Positions 19,753 to 28,533 of a stretch of 64,000 nt of DNA are shown piece after piece. The first letter of the stretch is position 1. Every line of letters begins with the position of its first letter. The DNA is taken from positions 1,254,722 to 1,318,721 of the forward strand of contig OY970212.1 of assembly GCA_963713925.1 (NCBI GenBank). The letters run 5' to 3'. The position numbers and the translations under genes were made by a program. The notes under the pieces are model-generated. The model was not told the DNA's origin. It ran no database searches and was given only the letters and a program-made list of their open reading frames with translations. This DNA comes from an uncultured bacterium. Lineage in GTDB: Bacteria > Babelota > Babeliae > Babelales > Vermiphilaceae.

Positions 19753-19977
19753 ATGGAAAAAATCATGAACCTATCAATCACATACAAAGAAATTAAAAGA
19801 GCTTTTATTGTCGCATGCTGCATCTCATTCATAGATTTAACAAGCAAATATATGGGACATAGTTATCAAAGCATCCGCTACTATTACATACCTCTTTATT
19901 GCTTAGGCGGTTGTGCCATCGCGATGATTCTCATCTCTCTTAAAACATACGTCAAATCACGATGTAGAGTCCGTTGA
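19753..19977 (+). CDS. Small 2-TM membrane protein
   Basis: 74-aa ORF with two hydrophobic segments and a basic tail. Confidence 0.5.
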   Translation: MEKIMNLSITYKEIKRAFIVACCISFIDLTSKYMGHSYQSIRYYYIPLYCLGGCAIAMILISLKTYVKSRCRVR

Positions 19978-20009
19978 GTTTTTGAAAGTCTTAATAAAAT
20001 AGTTTCCAA

Positions 20010-20161
20010 CCGTTCGTGGTGAGCAAAGTGCAACGGAGTCGAACCATACGAACTCATTTATTCGTATCTTTTTTACAAAATTTCCCATTCTCCGCTATCC
20101 ATAGTCAATTAATTTTTTTTCGTATGGTTCGACTGCACTACGTTCCGCTCACCACGAACGG
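20010..20161. repeat. Inverted pair of family A REP-like repeats
   Basis: 20010-20053 (-) and 20119-20161 (+); same termini as the copies at 16.8-17.1 kb. Confidence 0.85.
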
Positions 20162-20191
20162 TTATAGTAAAAAATTAATTAAGCATCCAAA

Positions 20192-20280
20192 TGACGCTCC
20201 ACGGCTTGAAAGCCGCGGTTTATGAACATGAATTGCGCCTTACATCACCGCGCTGAGGCACGGGGGTTTTACAGCGCGCA
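20192..20280. mobile_element. Probable IS200/IS605-derived non-autonomous end remnant (PATE-like)
   Basis: Two GC-rich hairpins: CCACGGCT-TGAA-AGCCGCGG and CGCCTTACATCACCGCGCTGAGGCACGGGGTTTTACAGCG, resembling IS605-type ends; no ORF. Confidence 0.5.
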
Positions 20281-20296
20281 ATAAATACAATGTTAT

Positions 20297-21136
20297 TTAT
20301 GTGAGCTCGCTTGATAATTTACCGCCATATTTGCGCACCAAATTTGCTGCGTGAGAATCTGTGTATATCAGCTCATCAAGAATAGTTGTCTTGCTATCAG
20401 GGTCAAGCTTGTTGAGCGTTTGCGCTAGTTTGCCGGCGATAGTCTGTATTTCATGTTTATCTACCCATTCAAGCGCAAGCATGGTTCCTCGCGCATCACA
20501 CAAGTGACGAGGGTCTGCTCCTTTGGTCAAGAGATAATCGATGGCGGCTTCATTTTTGAGCAAGATTGCTTCCTGCAGCAAGTTGTTACCGGATGCATAA
20601 ATTTCATCAATAGGCCAAAGCATCTCGGTCATTTCCTCATCTTCTTTTAAAAACTCGGCATGCTCGGGCGCATAGCTCACTAAAGAATTATTTAAATCAG
20701 TTAGTGGATGATTTTTTAAAAAGTCAGCATGTTGGGTCAGTACGGTTACAAAGAAATCAACTACCGAACATTCAGAATCCTTCAAGCGATTTTTGCATCC
20801 TTCAAGCACGGCGCATTTTTCCTCTATAGTGTACCCGGGAACAAACAAAAGATCATATACACAGGTCAACACATCTTCCGGGTTCAATCTTTTAATATAT
20901 TCATTAAGTTCGACTACAGGTCTGACTATAGGCTCTGAGTCAGTTTCTTTTTTGAAAGCGCGCTCGCTATAAGCAATGGGTGTTGATGGAGCTTTTTGTT
21001 GAACAACAACAGGAGCAGGCTGTTCTGGTTTGACCAGTGTTTGAGGAACCGGAGTCTGCTGACGGGGTTTACGTTGGCACCCCGAAAAGCCGATTATGGC
21101 TATACACATATAGTAAATAGGAGAGATCTTTTTCAT
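20297..21136 (-). CDS. Lipoprotein with ankyrin-like C-terminal repeat
   Basis: FSGC lipobox; GNNLLQEAI...IDYLLTKGADP. Confidence 0.7.
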   Translation of the reverse strand: MKKISPIYYMCIAIIGFSGCQRKPRQQTPVPQTLVKPEQPAPVVVQQKAPSTPIAYSERAFKKETDSEPIVRPVVELNEYIKRLNPEDVLTCVYDLLFVPGYTIEEKCAVLEGCKNRLKDSECSVVDFFVTVLTQHADFLKNHPLTDLNNSLVSYAPEHAEFLKEDEEMTEMLWPIDEIYASGNNLLQEAILLKNEAAIDYLLTKGADPRHLCDARGTMLALEWVDKHEIQTIAGKLAQTLNKLDPDSKTTILDELIYTDSHAANLVRKYGGKLSSELT

Positions 21137-21310
21137 TACAAGCTTCTTTTTTTAAATCGGATCGCAAGAGACTATGGGCTTTGTTGAGACGTCAAAAACA
21201 GATGAATAAGCCAGCTTTTTCAAGCAGTAAATTCGGTTTGTTTTGTTTGGGCTTTTTAACCTAGCACGAGTATATAAAAAAAGGGGACAAAAACAACAGT
21301 TTTTTGATAA

Positions 21311-21355
21311 AAAAAAGAGACGTGGAAAACAGGATAGTTTTCCACGTCTCTTTTT
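21311..21355. terminator. Bidirectional terminator-like hairpin
   Basis: AAAAAGAGACGTGGAAAAC...GTTTTCCACGTCTCTTTTT. Confidence 0.75.
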
Positions 21356-21501
21356 GTGTAATTTTTTTAAATATTCTTATTCTACTTCGCTGCCTAATGG
21401 CAGCTTCGAAGAACTCCGCGCTCAATGACTTTTCAATTAGAGCTTATACGAAAATTAAGCTTTCTAACTAAAAAGTAATTGTGTTAAAAGTCAATTAATT
21501 T

Positions 21502-22443
21502 TTAAGCACTACATACTTCGCCCTTTTTCAAGATAACATTTGCAATGATGATCAGCTTTCGCATTACTGCAACAATAGCTACTTTAAAGCTTTTTTTGTT
21601 TGCTATTAGTCGATCATAAAAGGATTTTAAAGGAGCATAATACTTAATAGTCGTTATAGCACACATATATAATGCATTTCGAGGAATAATCCTACCGCCT
21701 TGAATGAACCGTTTGCCTGTATAGTTGCCACTTTCTCGATCGTAAGGACAAACTCCGACAAGGGCTGCTATTTCATTATTGCTTACAGATCCAAGTTCAG
21801 GCACAAACGAAATCAATATCGCGGCCGAAGATTTACCGATTCCCGGGATTGATTCCAAAAGCTCTGTCCGTTTCTGCAGTACCGCATCTTGATCAATCAA
21901 TTCTTCAATTTGTTCATCCAAAGCCTTGATCTCTTTATTTAAAAAGAGGATCATTCTTTCGATACTTGAAACACCGAGTGCATGCGAGGGGTGTTTAAGT
22001 CGAGTTTTTTCAGTTGCCAAAAATTTGGTCAAATCCTGCTTTCGATTAACCAAAGATAGCAATGTTTCTTGGTTATGAGTTCTGCTGACTGGCTCATAAT
22101 CTTGAGAATTCTTCGATGCAAATTCAGCAATTTTTTGTGCGTCTATTTTGTCTGTTTTGCTTTTGCAACCAGTTGCGATTATAAAACCCTTTATCCTCCG
22201 TGGATCAACTATCCAACAACTATAGGAATGTTCCTGTAATACCCGAGTAAGCAATTTTTCGTAACCACCGGTTGCCTCACATGCAATTTGCTTAATACTG
22301 TAATTGGATAATTGCTTCACAAACTTTTTTATTCCGCTTTCTGTATTGGGTATTTTAACCCATTGCTTCAACGGATGAATAAAAATGTCCAAATTGTTCT
22401 TTGAAATATCGACGCCGATAAATACTTCTGGTAGGGTAATCAT
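21502..22443 (-). CDS. IS110-family DEDD recombinase/transposase
   Basis: IGVDISK, CEATGGYE, KTDKIDA RuvC-like DEDD residues; SIPGIG and RESG (catalytic Ser) Tnp domain. Confidence 0.96.
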   Translation of the reverse strand: MITLPEVFIGVDISKNNLDIFIHPLKQWVKIPNTESGIKKFVKQLSNYSIKQIACEATGGYEKLLTRVLQEHSYSCWIVDPRRIKGFIIATGCKSKTDKIDAQKIAEFASKNSQDYEPVSRTHNQETLLSLVNRKQDLTKFLATEKTRLKHPSHALGVSSIERMILFLNKEIKALDEQIEELIDQDAVLQKRTELLESIPGIGKSSAAILISFVPELGSVSNNEIAALVGVCPYDRESGNYTGKRFIQGGRIIPRNALYMCAITTIKYYAPLKSFYDRLIANKKSFKVAIVAVMRKLIIIANVILKKGEVCSA

Positions 22444-22452
22444 AAATACCTC

Positions 22453-22627
22453 ATCCTTGTAAACATTCGAGGTCGTATTAATACGCCTCTAGTAATTGTT
22501 CGAGGTAATTTCGTATAAGCTGATAGTCTCAAACTTTTTAGCAATCGATTACGATTAGGGTTGGCGCGAGCTCTATCAGCTTTTCCCGAGCAACTAATTT
22601 GTGAAACAATATACCGATCACAAATTA
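22453..22627 (-). ncRNA. IS110 bridge (seek) RNA
   Basis: 5' hairpin (AAUUUGUGA/UCACAAAUU), target-binding loop closed by AAGCUGAUAG/CUAUCAGCUU, then a donor-binding loop. All four guides match the flanks or ends. Exact 5'/3' ends are approximate. Confidence 0.88.
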
Positions 22628-22843
22628 ATACATTATCTATCAAAATTTGAATCAATTTTTAACATACAAGGGTTGGCTGTCAAGAGGCACTTGTTTCAGC
22701 AACTTGTCCGCCGTAGCTTACCAATCCTGAAAGCCTGGATAAGCGAAGGCTGGATCCATGTTAAGTAGATCCTGAAATAAATTCAGGATGACATAGCAAT
22801 AAGGAACTTTCGGGATTTTCGGATAAGCTCTTAGATGAGCGCT

Positions 22844-23191
22844 TCATTTTCCGTACTGCTTAAAAATGGCACCCTTATATCCTTCAACAGGAACATCTCG
22901 AGGCGCTTTGAAAACCGAACTTATTAACAATATTTCCTTCGACGCGTTGATCGGAAGCATAGAACCTTTATAAGTCCATGAATCGTACATTGGATGTGTT
23001 CCTGAACGTACGCGCGTTGCTGATTGCATGCTTAATTTAATGATGCACGATTGTTTCGGCTCTATCTCAACATCTCCGATTTTAACCGTAGCATCACAAT
23101 CATTTTTAAAGTAGTAACTCTCACTGTCCGATTCTGAGCTGTACAGACTAGCTGTTGCAATAGTAAAAGCGAATATAATCAGTTTTTTCAT
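22844..23191 (-). CDS. Hypothetical secreted protein
   Basis: MKKLIIFAF signal peptide, AAGGA RBS. Confidence 0.65.
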   Translation of the reverse strand: MKKLIIFAFTIATASLYSSESDSESYYFKNDCDATVKIGDVEIEPKQSCIIKLSMQSATRVRSGTHPMYDSWTYKGSMLPINASKEILLISSVFKAPRDVPVEGYKGAIFKQYGK

Positions 23192-23358
23192 AAATATCCT
23201 TAGTCTTAGCAGGGTTTGTTCATCTGAGCATACCGGTATTTATTACAAAGCCAAACGATCAGGTCGGGAGCAAGCTGTACAAGCATTGTTTTTAGTCTGC
23301 GGAGAATGCTAGGGTAAATTTAGGCAAGAATAATAAAAATTTTTTTATAGGAGAATGT

Positions 23359-23925
23359 ATGAACGGTAACAATAATTTCTACAGGCCGACACTTGAAGAA
23401 ATCAAAAAGAACTCCAGTTGGATCATTGGCTTGGGAATCGTTTCCATAATTCTCGGAACGCTTGCCATTATGTTTGCATTCACGAGCACCGTGCTTTCAG
23501 TCATATTTTTTGGGTGTTTGCTGCTTTCGATAGGCGTTCTTGAAGGAGTTAAGTCATTTACCATTAAGCCATGGGGCACCTTTCTACTTCATTTGATTTT
23601 AAGCGTGCTATTTGTGGTTGGCGGAATTTCAATTATTTTGTATCCAACCATTAATGCGATCACGTTGACCCTAGTGTTGGCAGCTTTTCTTGCCGTATCA
23701 GGCATTATGAAAATGATCTTTGCCCTCGTAAAGCAAGTTCCTCATAAATTTTGGCTCTTTTTAAATGGAGCTCTTGGGCTTTTGCTAGCTATTTTGATTT
23801 GGAAACAATGGCCATTCTCAGGTTTATGGGTTTTGGGAATGTTTATCGGTATTGATATGATATTCACCGGCTGGACATGGATCATGTTAGCCCTCGCTGC
23901 AAGAAAGAGCGCGCAAGGCAGATAG
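23359..23925 (+). CDS. HdeD/DUF308-family membrane protein
   Basis: Six TM helices; WPFSGLWVLGMFIGIDMIFTGW signature. Confidence 0.88.
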   Translation: MNGNNNFYRPTLEEIKKNSSWIIGLGIVSIILGTLAIMFAFTSTVLSVIFFGCLLLSIGVLEGVKSFTIKPWGTFLLHLILSVLFVVGGISIILYPTINAITLTLVLAAFLAVSGIMKMIFALVKQVPHKFWLFLNGALGLLLAILIWKQWPFSGLWVLGMFIGIDMIFTGWTWIMLALAARKSAQGR

Positions 23926-24053
23926 TTCCTTATTCTTTGTGAGAAATAGGAATGCAACTTCGGGTCCTTGTATTTCAAATTGATAAATTACTGATATTTG
24001 TTAAAATAAGATATTGTTAATTGACGCAATTCTGAATACAAGGATCTTTTTTT

Positions 24054-24446
24054 ATGCAATTAAACCTCATCGCTTGTGCAATAACCCTTTTTATTTCAAT
24101 AGGTTGTATCGCCGCAGATAAATCTGATGAGATGGTTCACGTTTTTGTTCGGGCAAAGCAAAAAAAAGCAAGCCAAACCGCTCCATTATATGTCGGTCAT
24201 GAGATATGTGAAGAAGCTTGCGGTTGGCTCTCTAAGATCGCCTCAAAGTCTATTCCCGATCTTCTGATATTTCCGTGCGCATGTCCCTTTCCATCGTGCA
24301 AAAAAAAGCATTCTATGATTATTTTTGGGAGTGAGGGTTATTCTGACTATCTTATGGCTTTGATGAAAAAGTGGGGGGCAGTGGGTAGTAATCCTCATCA
24401 GACAAAAGAGATTGACCTAGAATTATTGGCTCAAATGGGGAAATAA
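24054..24446 (+). CDS. Hypothetical secreted Cys-motif protein, paralog 1
   Basis: Signal peptide; IC...C.WLS and CP.P.CK..H motifs shared with the next gene. Confidence 0.7.
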   Translation: MQLNLIACAITLFISIGCIAADKSDEMVHVFVRAKQKKASQTAPLYVGHEICEEACGWLSKIASKSIPDLLIFPCACPFPSCKKKHSMIIFGSEGYSDYLMALMKKWGAVGSNPHQTKEIDLELLAQMGK

Positions 24447-24454
24447 AGATTTAT

Positions 24455-24862
24455 ATGAATATAAAACTATTGAGTATAATGGCCGCTTTCCTTTCAATGA
24501 TTTGCATTGCGGCGGACAAGTCGTATGAAGACATGGTGCGGGTTTATATTTTTGATCATACAGGCGGCATATACTTTGGAAAAAATATTTGTGCAGATTC
24601 GTGCAAATGGCTTTCTGGAATGATCAAAAAAGATATACCGGATGTTTCCGTAGAACCATGGGAATATAGATGCCCTTCTCCTCTCTGTAAGACTGTGCAT
24701 ACAGTCGTTACTTTTACAAGCCTGGAAAATCAAAAATCCCTCATGAATAACTTGAAAAAATATGGCGCAATGGAGATGAATCCCCAATATAAAGAAAAGA
24801 CAGAATCGCTCATATTTTATAGCGGATTATCTGAATTGAGCAATAAAGAGAAATATATATAA
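24455..24862 (+). CDS. Hypothetical secreted Cys-motif protein, paralog 2
   Basis: Tandem paralog (CIAADKS, ICADSCKWLS, CPSPLCKTVH). Confidence 0.7.
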   Translation: MNIKLLSIMAAFLSMICIAADKSYEDMVRVYIFDHTGGIYFGKNICADSCKWLSGMIKKDIPDVSVEPWEYRCPSPLCKTVHTVVTFTSLENQKSLMNNLKKYGAMEMNPQYKEKTESLIFYSGLSELSNKEKYI

Positions 24863-25036
24863 AGAAGGAGCCGAGTTCTAAACCGGCTTTTTCCTCTTTT
24901 TAAAGACATTTTTTGATCTTTTTATAAAAAAAGTAGTGCAAATTTTGATTTATTCTAAAAAAGGCTTACCTTATGTACTATATATAAAAAAGATGTCTCA
25001 TAGTCTTTTAAAAATCCTTTCATTTTGGGGGCCTTT

Positions 25037-25783
25037 ATGCAGCATAAAAATGAACATTCTCATCAGCATCATGATCATGACCATGCACACTTTGATGAAC
25101 ATAGCCACGGTATTCTGGATGAATTGATTCATCACATTCCGTATGCCATTTTTTCAGTGGCATTTTGTCTGATTGTTTTAAGCTTTTTTGGAAGCCATAC
25201 TATGCTCCCGGGCGCTGATATTAAGGGGTTCTTAAAGCAAACGCACCGGCTCTTTCATAGTTTCCACTTTATGCATATCGTGTTTGCGGCCACGGGAACT
25301 ATCATCACCTACCTCAGATTCTCTTCCAATCGATTCATGGCTCTTATCTTAGGCATTGTGAGCCCTGCGATCTTTTGTACACTTTCCGACTCAGTATTGC
25401 CGACAATCGGGGGAAGAATGCTCGGAGTTGATACTCATTGGCATTTCTGTTTTTATTCAGAATTTCGAAATGTGCTGCCATTCCTCGTTGCAGGCATTGT
25501 TAATGGCTTTGTTATGAGCGGTCATTCTATTTCTCGCCAAGGTTTTTACTCAGTCTTTTCACATTTCTTTCACATATTAATCAGTGCTATGGCCTCAAGT
25601 TTCTATTTAGTTTCAGAAGGCTATGTAACCTGGTACAAGCAAATCGGGCCTGTTTTTTTATTTCTTGTATTTGCTGTGGTGGTTCCGTGTACGCTTGCTG
25701 ATGTTGTGGTTCCCGTTTTAGTAGCTCGTTGGCGTGTTAAGGGTCCCAATGCAGAGCGCAGCGCTGTATTGGGTAAAAAATGA
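25037..25783 (+). CDS. His-rich polytopic membrane protein (possible metal transporter)
   Basis: HSHQHHDHDHAH N-terminus; intramembrane His clusters FHSFHFMH and HFFHIL; CTLSD/CTLAD internal repeat. Confidence 0.65.
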   Translation: MQHKNEHSHQHHDHDHAHFDEHSHGILDELIHHIPYAIFSVAFCLIVLSFFGSHTMLPGADIKGFLKQTHRLFHSFHFMHIVFAATGTIITYLRFSSNRFMALILGIVSPAIFCTLSDSVLPTIGGRMLGVDTHWHFCFYSEFRNVLPFLVAGIVNGFVMSGHSISRQGFYSVFSHFFHILISAMASSFYLVSEGYVTWYKQIGPVFLFLVFAVVVPCTLADVVVPVLVARWRVKGPNAERSAVLGKK

Positions 25784-25798
25784 GGATCGTAAGGAATT

Positions 25799-26890
25799 AT
25801 GAGAAGCATTAAGATTGACCATATAAAAAAGTCATATAATGGCGAGGTCATCATCGAGGATTTGAGCCTCACCATTCCAAGCGGAAAGTTCTTTGCCCTG
25901 CTTGGGCCGAGTGGAAGTGGAAAAACGACCCTCTTGCGACTTATTGCCGGATTTGAAACGGTTGATTCCGGTCATATTTATCTGGGTGATCAGGATATCA
26001 CCTACATGCCGATCAACGAGCGGAGAATCAATACCGTATTTCAAAACTATGCTTTGTTCCCTCACTTGAATGTGTTTGAAAATGTGGCGTATGGTTTGCG
26101 CGTCAAAAAGGTGCCGCAAGAACTCATTGAACAAAAGGTTCATAAAATTCTTAAAGCAGTGCATCTAGAGAAACTCATGCATCGATCTATTACGCAACTT
26201 TCAGGAGGGCAGCAGCAGCGCGTTGCGCTCGCGCGTGCTATAGTCAATGAGCCGGCGGTTCTCCTGTTGGACGAACCATTGGCAGCGCTTGATTTAAAAT
26301 TGCGTGAAAAAATGTTGCTTGAGCTTATTGATTTGCAATCGTCACTCAATACCACTTTCGTGTACGTAACTCATGATCAGTTTGAAGCGCTTACGGTTGC
26401 CGATACCATGGCCATCATGAATTATGACGGGCAAATAGAACAAATCGGCACCCCAAAAGAAATATATGAGTTTCCCGTATCATCATTTGTTGCAAAATTT
26501 GTTGGATCGACCAATATCTTTGAAGGCGTGTACCACGATACAAACGGACGCCAAACATTGTTAGTCGATGGCATAGGACATCTTGAGGTTGTAGTTTCTC
26601 GTTCCAAACCATGGGTAACTGAGGGCAAAACATTACTTATGAGTTTGCGGCCCGAGAAAATTATGATGAGCAAGCGAGAATTGTCCAACTTTTCAAATGT
26701 CATCAAGGGAATTGTCAAATCGATTGTGTATCATGGCCGTTCAACGCAATATAATATTTCAGTAGCCGATCGATATATTGTCCAAGTCTTTGAACAAAAT
26801 GAAGAACATTTCCCTCAAGATAGTATCGATTATGATGATGAAGTGTTTCTCTACTGGCAAAAAGAAAATGTGGTAGTGTTGGAACGATGA
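25799..26890 (+). CDS. potA: Spermidine/putrescine ABC transporter ATPase
   Basis: GPSGSGKT, VFQNYALFPHL, LSGGQQQR, LLLDEP. Confidence 0.92.
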   Translation: MRSIKIDHIKKSYNGEVIIEDLSLTIPSGKFFALLGPSGSGKTTLLRLIAGFETVDSGHIYLGDQDITYMPINERRINTVFQNYALFPHLNVFENVAYGLRVKKVPQELIEQKVHKILKAVHLEKLMHRSITQLSGGQQQRVALARAIVNEPAVLLLDEPLAALDLKLREKMLLELIDLQSSLNTTFVYVTHDQFEALTVADTMAIMNYDGQIEQIGTPKEIYEFPVSSFVAKFVGSTNIFEGVYHDTNGRQTLLVDGIGHLEVVVSRSKPWVTEGKTLLMSLRPEKIMMSKRELSNFSNVIKGIVKSIVYHGRSTQYNISVADRYIVQVFEQNEEHFPQDSIDYDDEVFLYWQKENVVVLER

Positions 26891-27747
26891 AAAATAGCTA
26901 TTTCAGTTCAGAACAAAAATCGTTTTTTATGAGCGTTCCCGCGCTGGTCTGGCAAATGCTTTTTTTAGTGGTGCCATTGATCGTGCTCGTCGTAGTGAGC
27001 TTTGTTGACCCAAATGCTTCTACATTTCGCTTTTCACTCATTAACTATCAATCGTTGTTTCAGGCAATCTATTTTCGCATTATTCTCCGCTCATGCATAT
27101 TGGCATTTGTCACGGCAAGCGTGTGTCTCGCTCTGGCATATCCGGTGGTCTATTGGCTCGTGTTTAAAGTGCGTCGATTTCAATACCTGTATCTTTTTCT
27201 TTTGATTGTGCCTTTTTGGACAAGCTTACTCGTGCAAGCATATGCATGGTTTTTTGTGCTGGAAAAGAATGGGCTTATTAATACACTCCTGCTTTCTTCA
27301 GGAATTATTCATTCCCCAATGCATCTTTTAAACACGCGGTTTGCCACCTACTTAGTAATGATTTATTGTTATTTGCCCTTTATGATTTTGCCACTGTATA
27401 CCACGCTTGAGAAACTTGAGCGCAAGCTCATTGAAGCATCCTTGGACTTAGGAGCAAACCCGTTTCAAACATTCGCGCGCGTGACACTCCCGCTTTCCAT
27501 TTCTGGGATTAAAACCGGCTTTTTCTTAGTGTTTGTCCCCGCATTTGGTGAGTTTGTCATTCCGGCATTGCTCGGGGGAGGCAAGCGTTTTTATATCGGT
27601 TCGCTCATTGAGCATTTCTTTTTGGTCGCTCGTGATATTTATTCGGGAGCCGCATTTACTGTTGTCGTGGGCTTAATATTGGTTGGGATTACCTACCTGA
27701 CTCACTGTATATTGAATTATGCCCTTGCTCATTCAAAGGATAAATAA
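26887..27747 (+). CDS. potB: Spermidine/putrescine ABC permease
   Basis: VPFWTSLLV, YLPFMILPLY, EASLDLGA. Confidence 0.9.
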   Translation: MKNSYFSSEQKSFFMSVPALVWQMLFLVVPLIVLVVVSFVDPNASTFRFSLINYQSLFQAIYFRIILRSCILAFVTASVCLALAYPVVYWLVFKVRRFQYLYLFLLIVPFWTSLLVQAYAWFFVLEKNGLINTLLLSSGIIHSPMHLLNTRFATYLVMIYCYLPFMILPLYTTLEKLERKLIEASLDLGANPFQTFARVTLPLSISGIKTGFFLVFVPAFGEFVIPALLGGGKRFYIGSLIEHFFLVARDIYSGAAFTVVVGLILVGITYLTHCILNYALAHSKDK

Positions 27748-28529
27748 TGAATGTTAGCCATGGATATTCAAAAATGTTTCTTTCGGTTATTGCGACTGCG
27801 GTCTATTTATTTTTATATATTCCGATTATTGTGTTGGTAATAACCTCATTTAATCACAGTTCAAACACGTCACACTGGGGTGGATTTTCGCTCCGGTGGT
27901 ACCACGAACTGGTAAACTCGCTTGATATTATTAATGCGTTAAAAAATTCACTGATTGTCGCCAGCATTTCGACTCTGTTAAGCGCGGTGTTGGGAGTGCT
28001 TTTTGTGTTTTATAGCGCTAAAAGCAAATTGAGTAATCTTATGGTGCTTTTTTACATTAACTTAGCCGTGCCAGAGATAGTGCTTGCTTCCGGACTATTA
28101 AGCGTTTTTTCTTTCTTTTCCATTCCACTGGGGCTAACCTCATTAATCGCCGGTCACACATTGATAGGTCTTGGATATGTAATTCCGCTGGTCTACACTC
28201 GATTTGTCGACATTGAAGATAGATACACAGAAGCATCGCTTGATTTGGGAGCAACTCAGGGACAAACATTTGTTCGCGTGATCTTGCCGCTTCTCATGCC
28301 GGCTCTTTTTGCGGGAGCGTTGTTATCATTTATTGTTTCATTAGATGATTTCTTGATCTCATTCTTTGTTGCTGGCGGCTCAACGCAGACATTGCCGATG
28401 TACATTTTCTCTATCATTCGCAGTGGAGCAACCCCGGTTGTGAATGCAGTGTCTACTATTTTATTATTGGTCAGCAGCGTGGCCGTGTTATGTTATTCTT
28501 TGATATCCGTAAAAAAAATGGATCGATGA
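27747..28529 (+). CDS. potC: Spermidine/putrescine ABC permease
   Basis: FLYIPI, SFN, GFSLRWY, SLDDF, TLPMYIFS. Confidence 0.9.
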   Translation: MNVSHGYSKMFLSVIATAVYLFLYIPIIVLVITSFNHSSNTSHWGGFSLRWYHELVNSLDIINALKNSLIVASISTLLSAVLGVLFVFYSAKSKLSNLMVLFYINLAVPEIVLASGLLSVFSFFSIPLGLTSLIAGHTLIGLGYVIPLVYTRFVDIEDRYTEASLDLGATQGQTFVRVILPLLMPALFAGALLSFIVSLDDFLISFFVAGGSTQTLPMYIFSIIRSGATPVVNAVSTILLLVSSVAVLCYSLISVKKMDR

Positions 28530-28533
28530 TACA

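Larger units (their letters stand above)
21474..22670 (-). mobile_element. Complete IS110-family (IS621-like) insertion sequence bounded by CT cores
   Basis: AG on + (CT on -) at 21474-21475 and 22669-22670. The ends join to ACAATTA-CT-TGTAT and match guides in the non-coding left end. Confidence 0.92.
21438..22833. mobile_element. MITE-like repeat interrupted by the IS110 insertion
   Basis: AGAGCTTATACGAAAAT (21439-21455) and ATTTTCGGATAAGCTCT (22815-22831) are 17-bp inverted repeats with one mismatch. The interior carries REP-like hairpins (22704-22792). Confidence 0.6.

Noticed and set aside
20016..20225. Short ORFs over repeat clusters (also 38378..38678)
   Set aside because: They are by-products of GC-rich palindromic repeats.
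22440..22655. 71-aa ORF upstream of the IS110 recombinase
   Set aside because: It overlies the bridge RNA, whose guides and stems explain the sequence; no protein motif.
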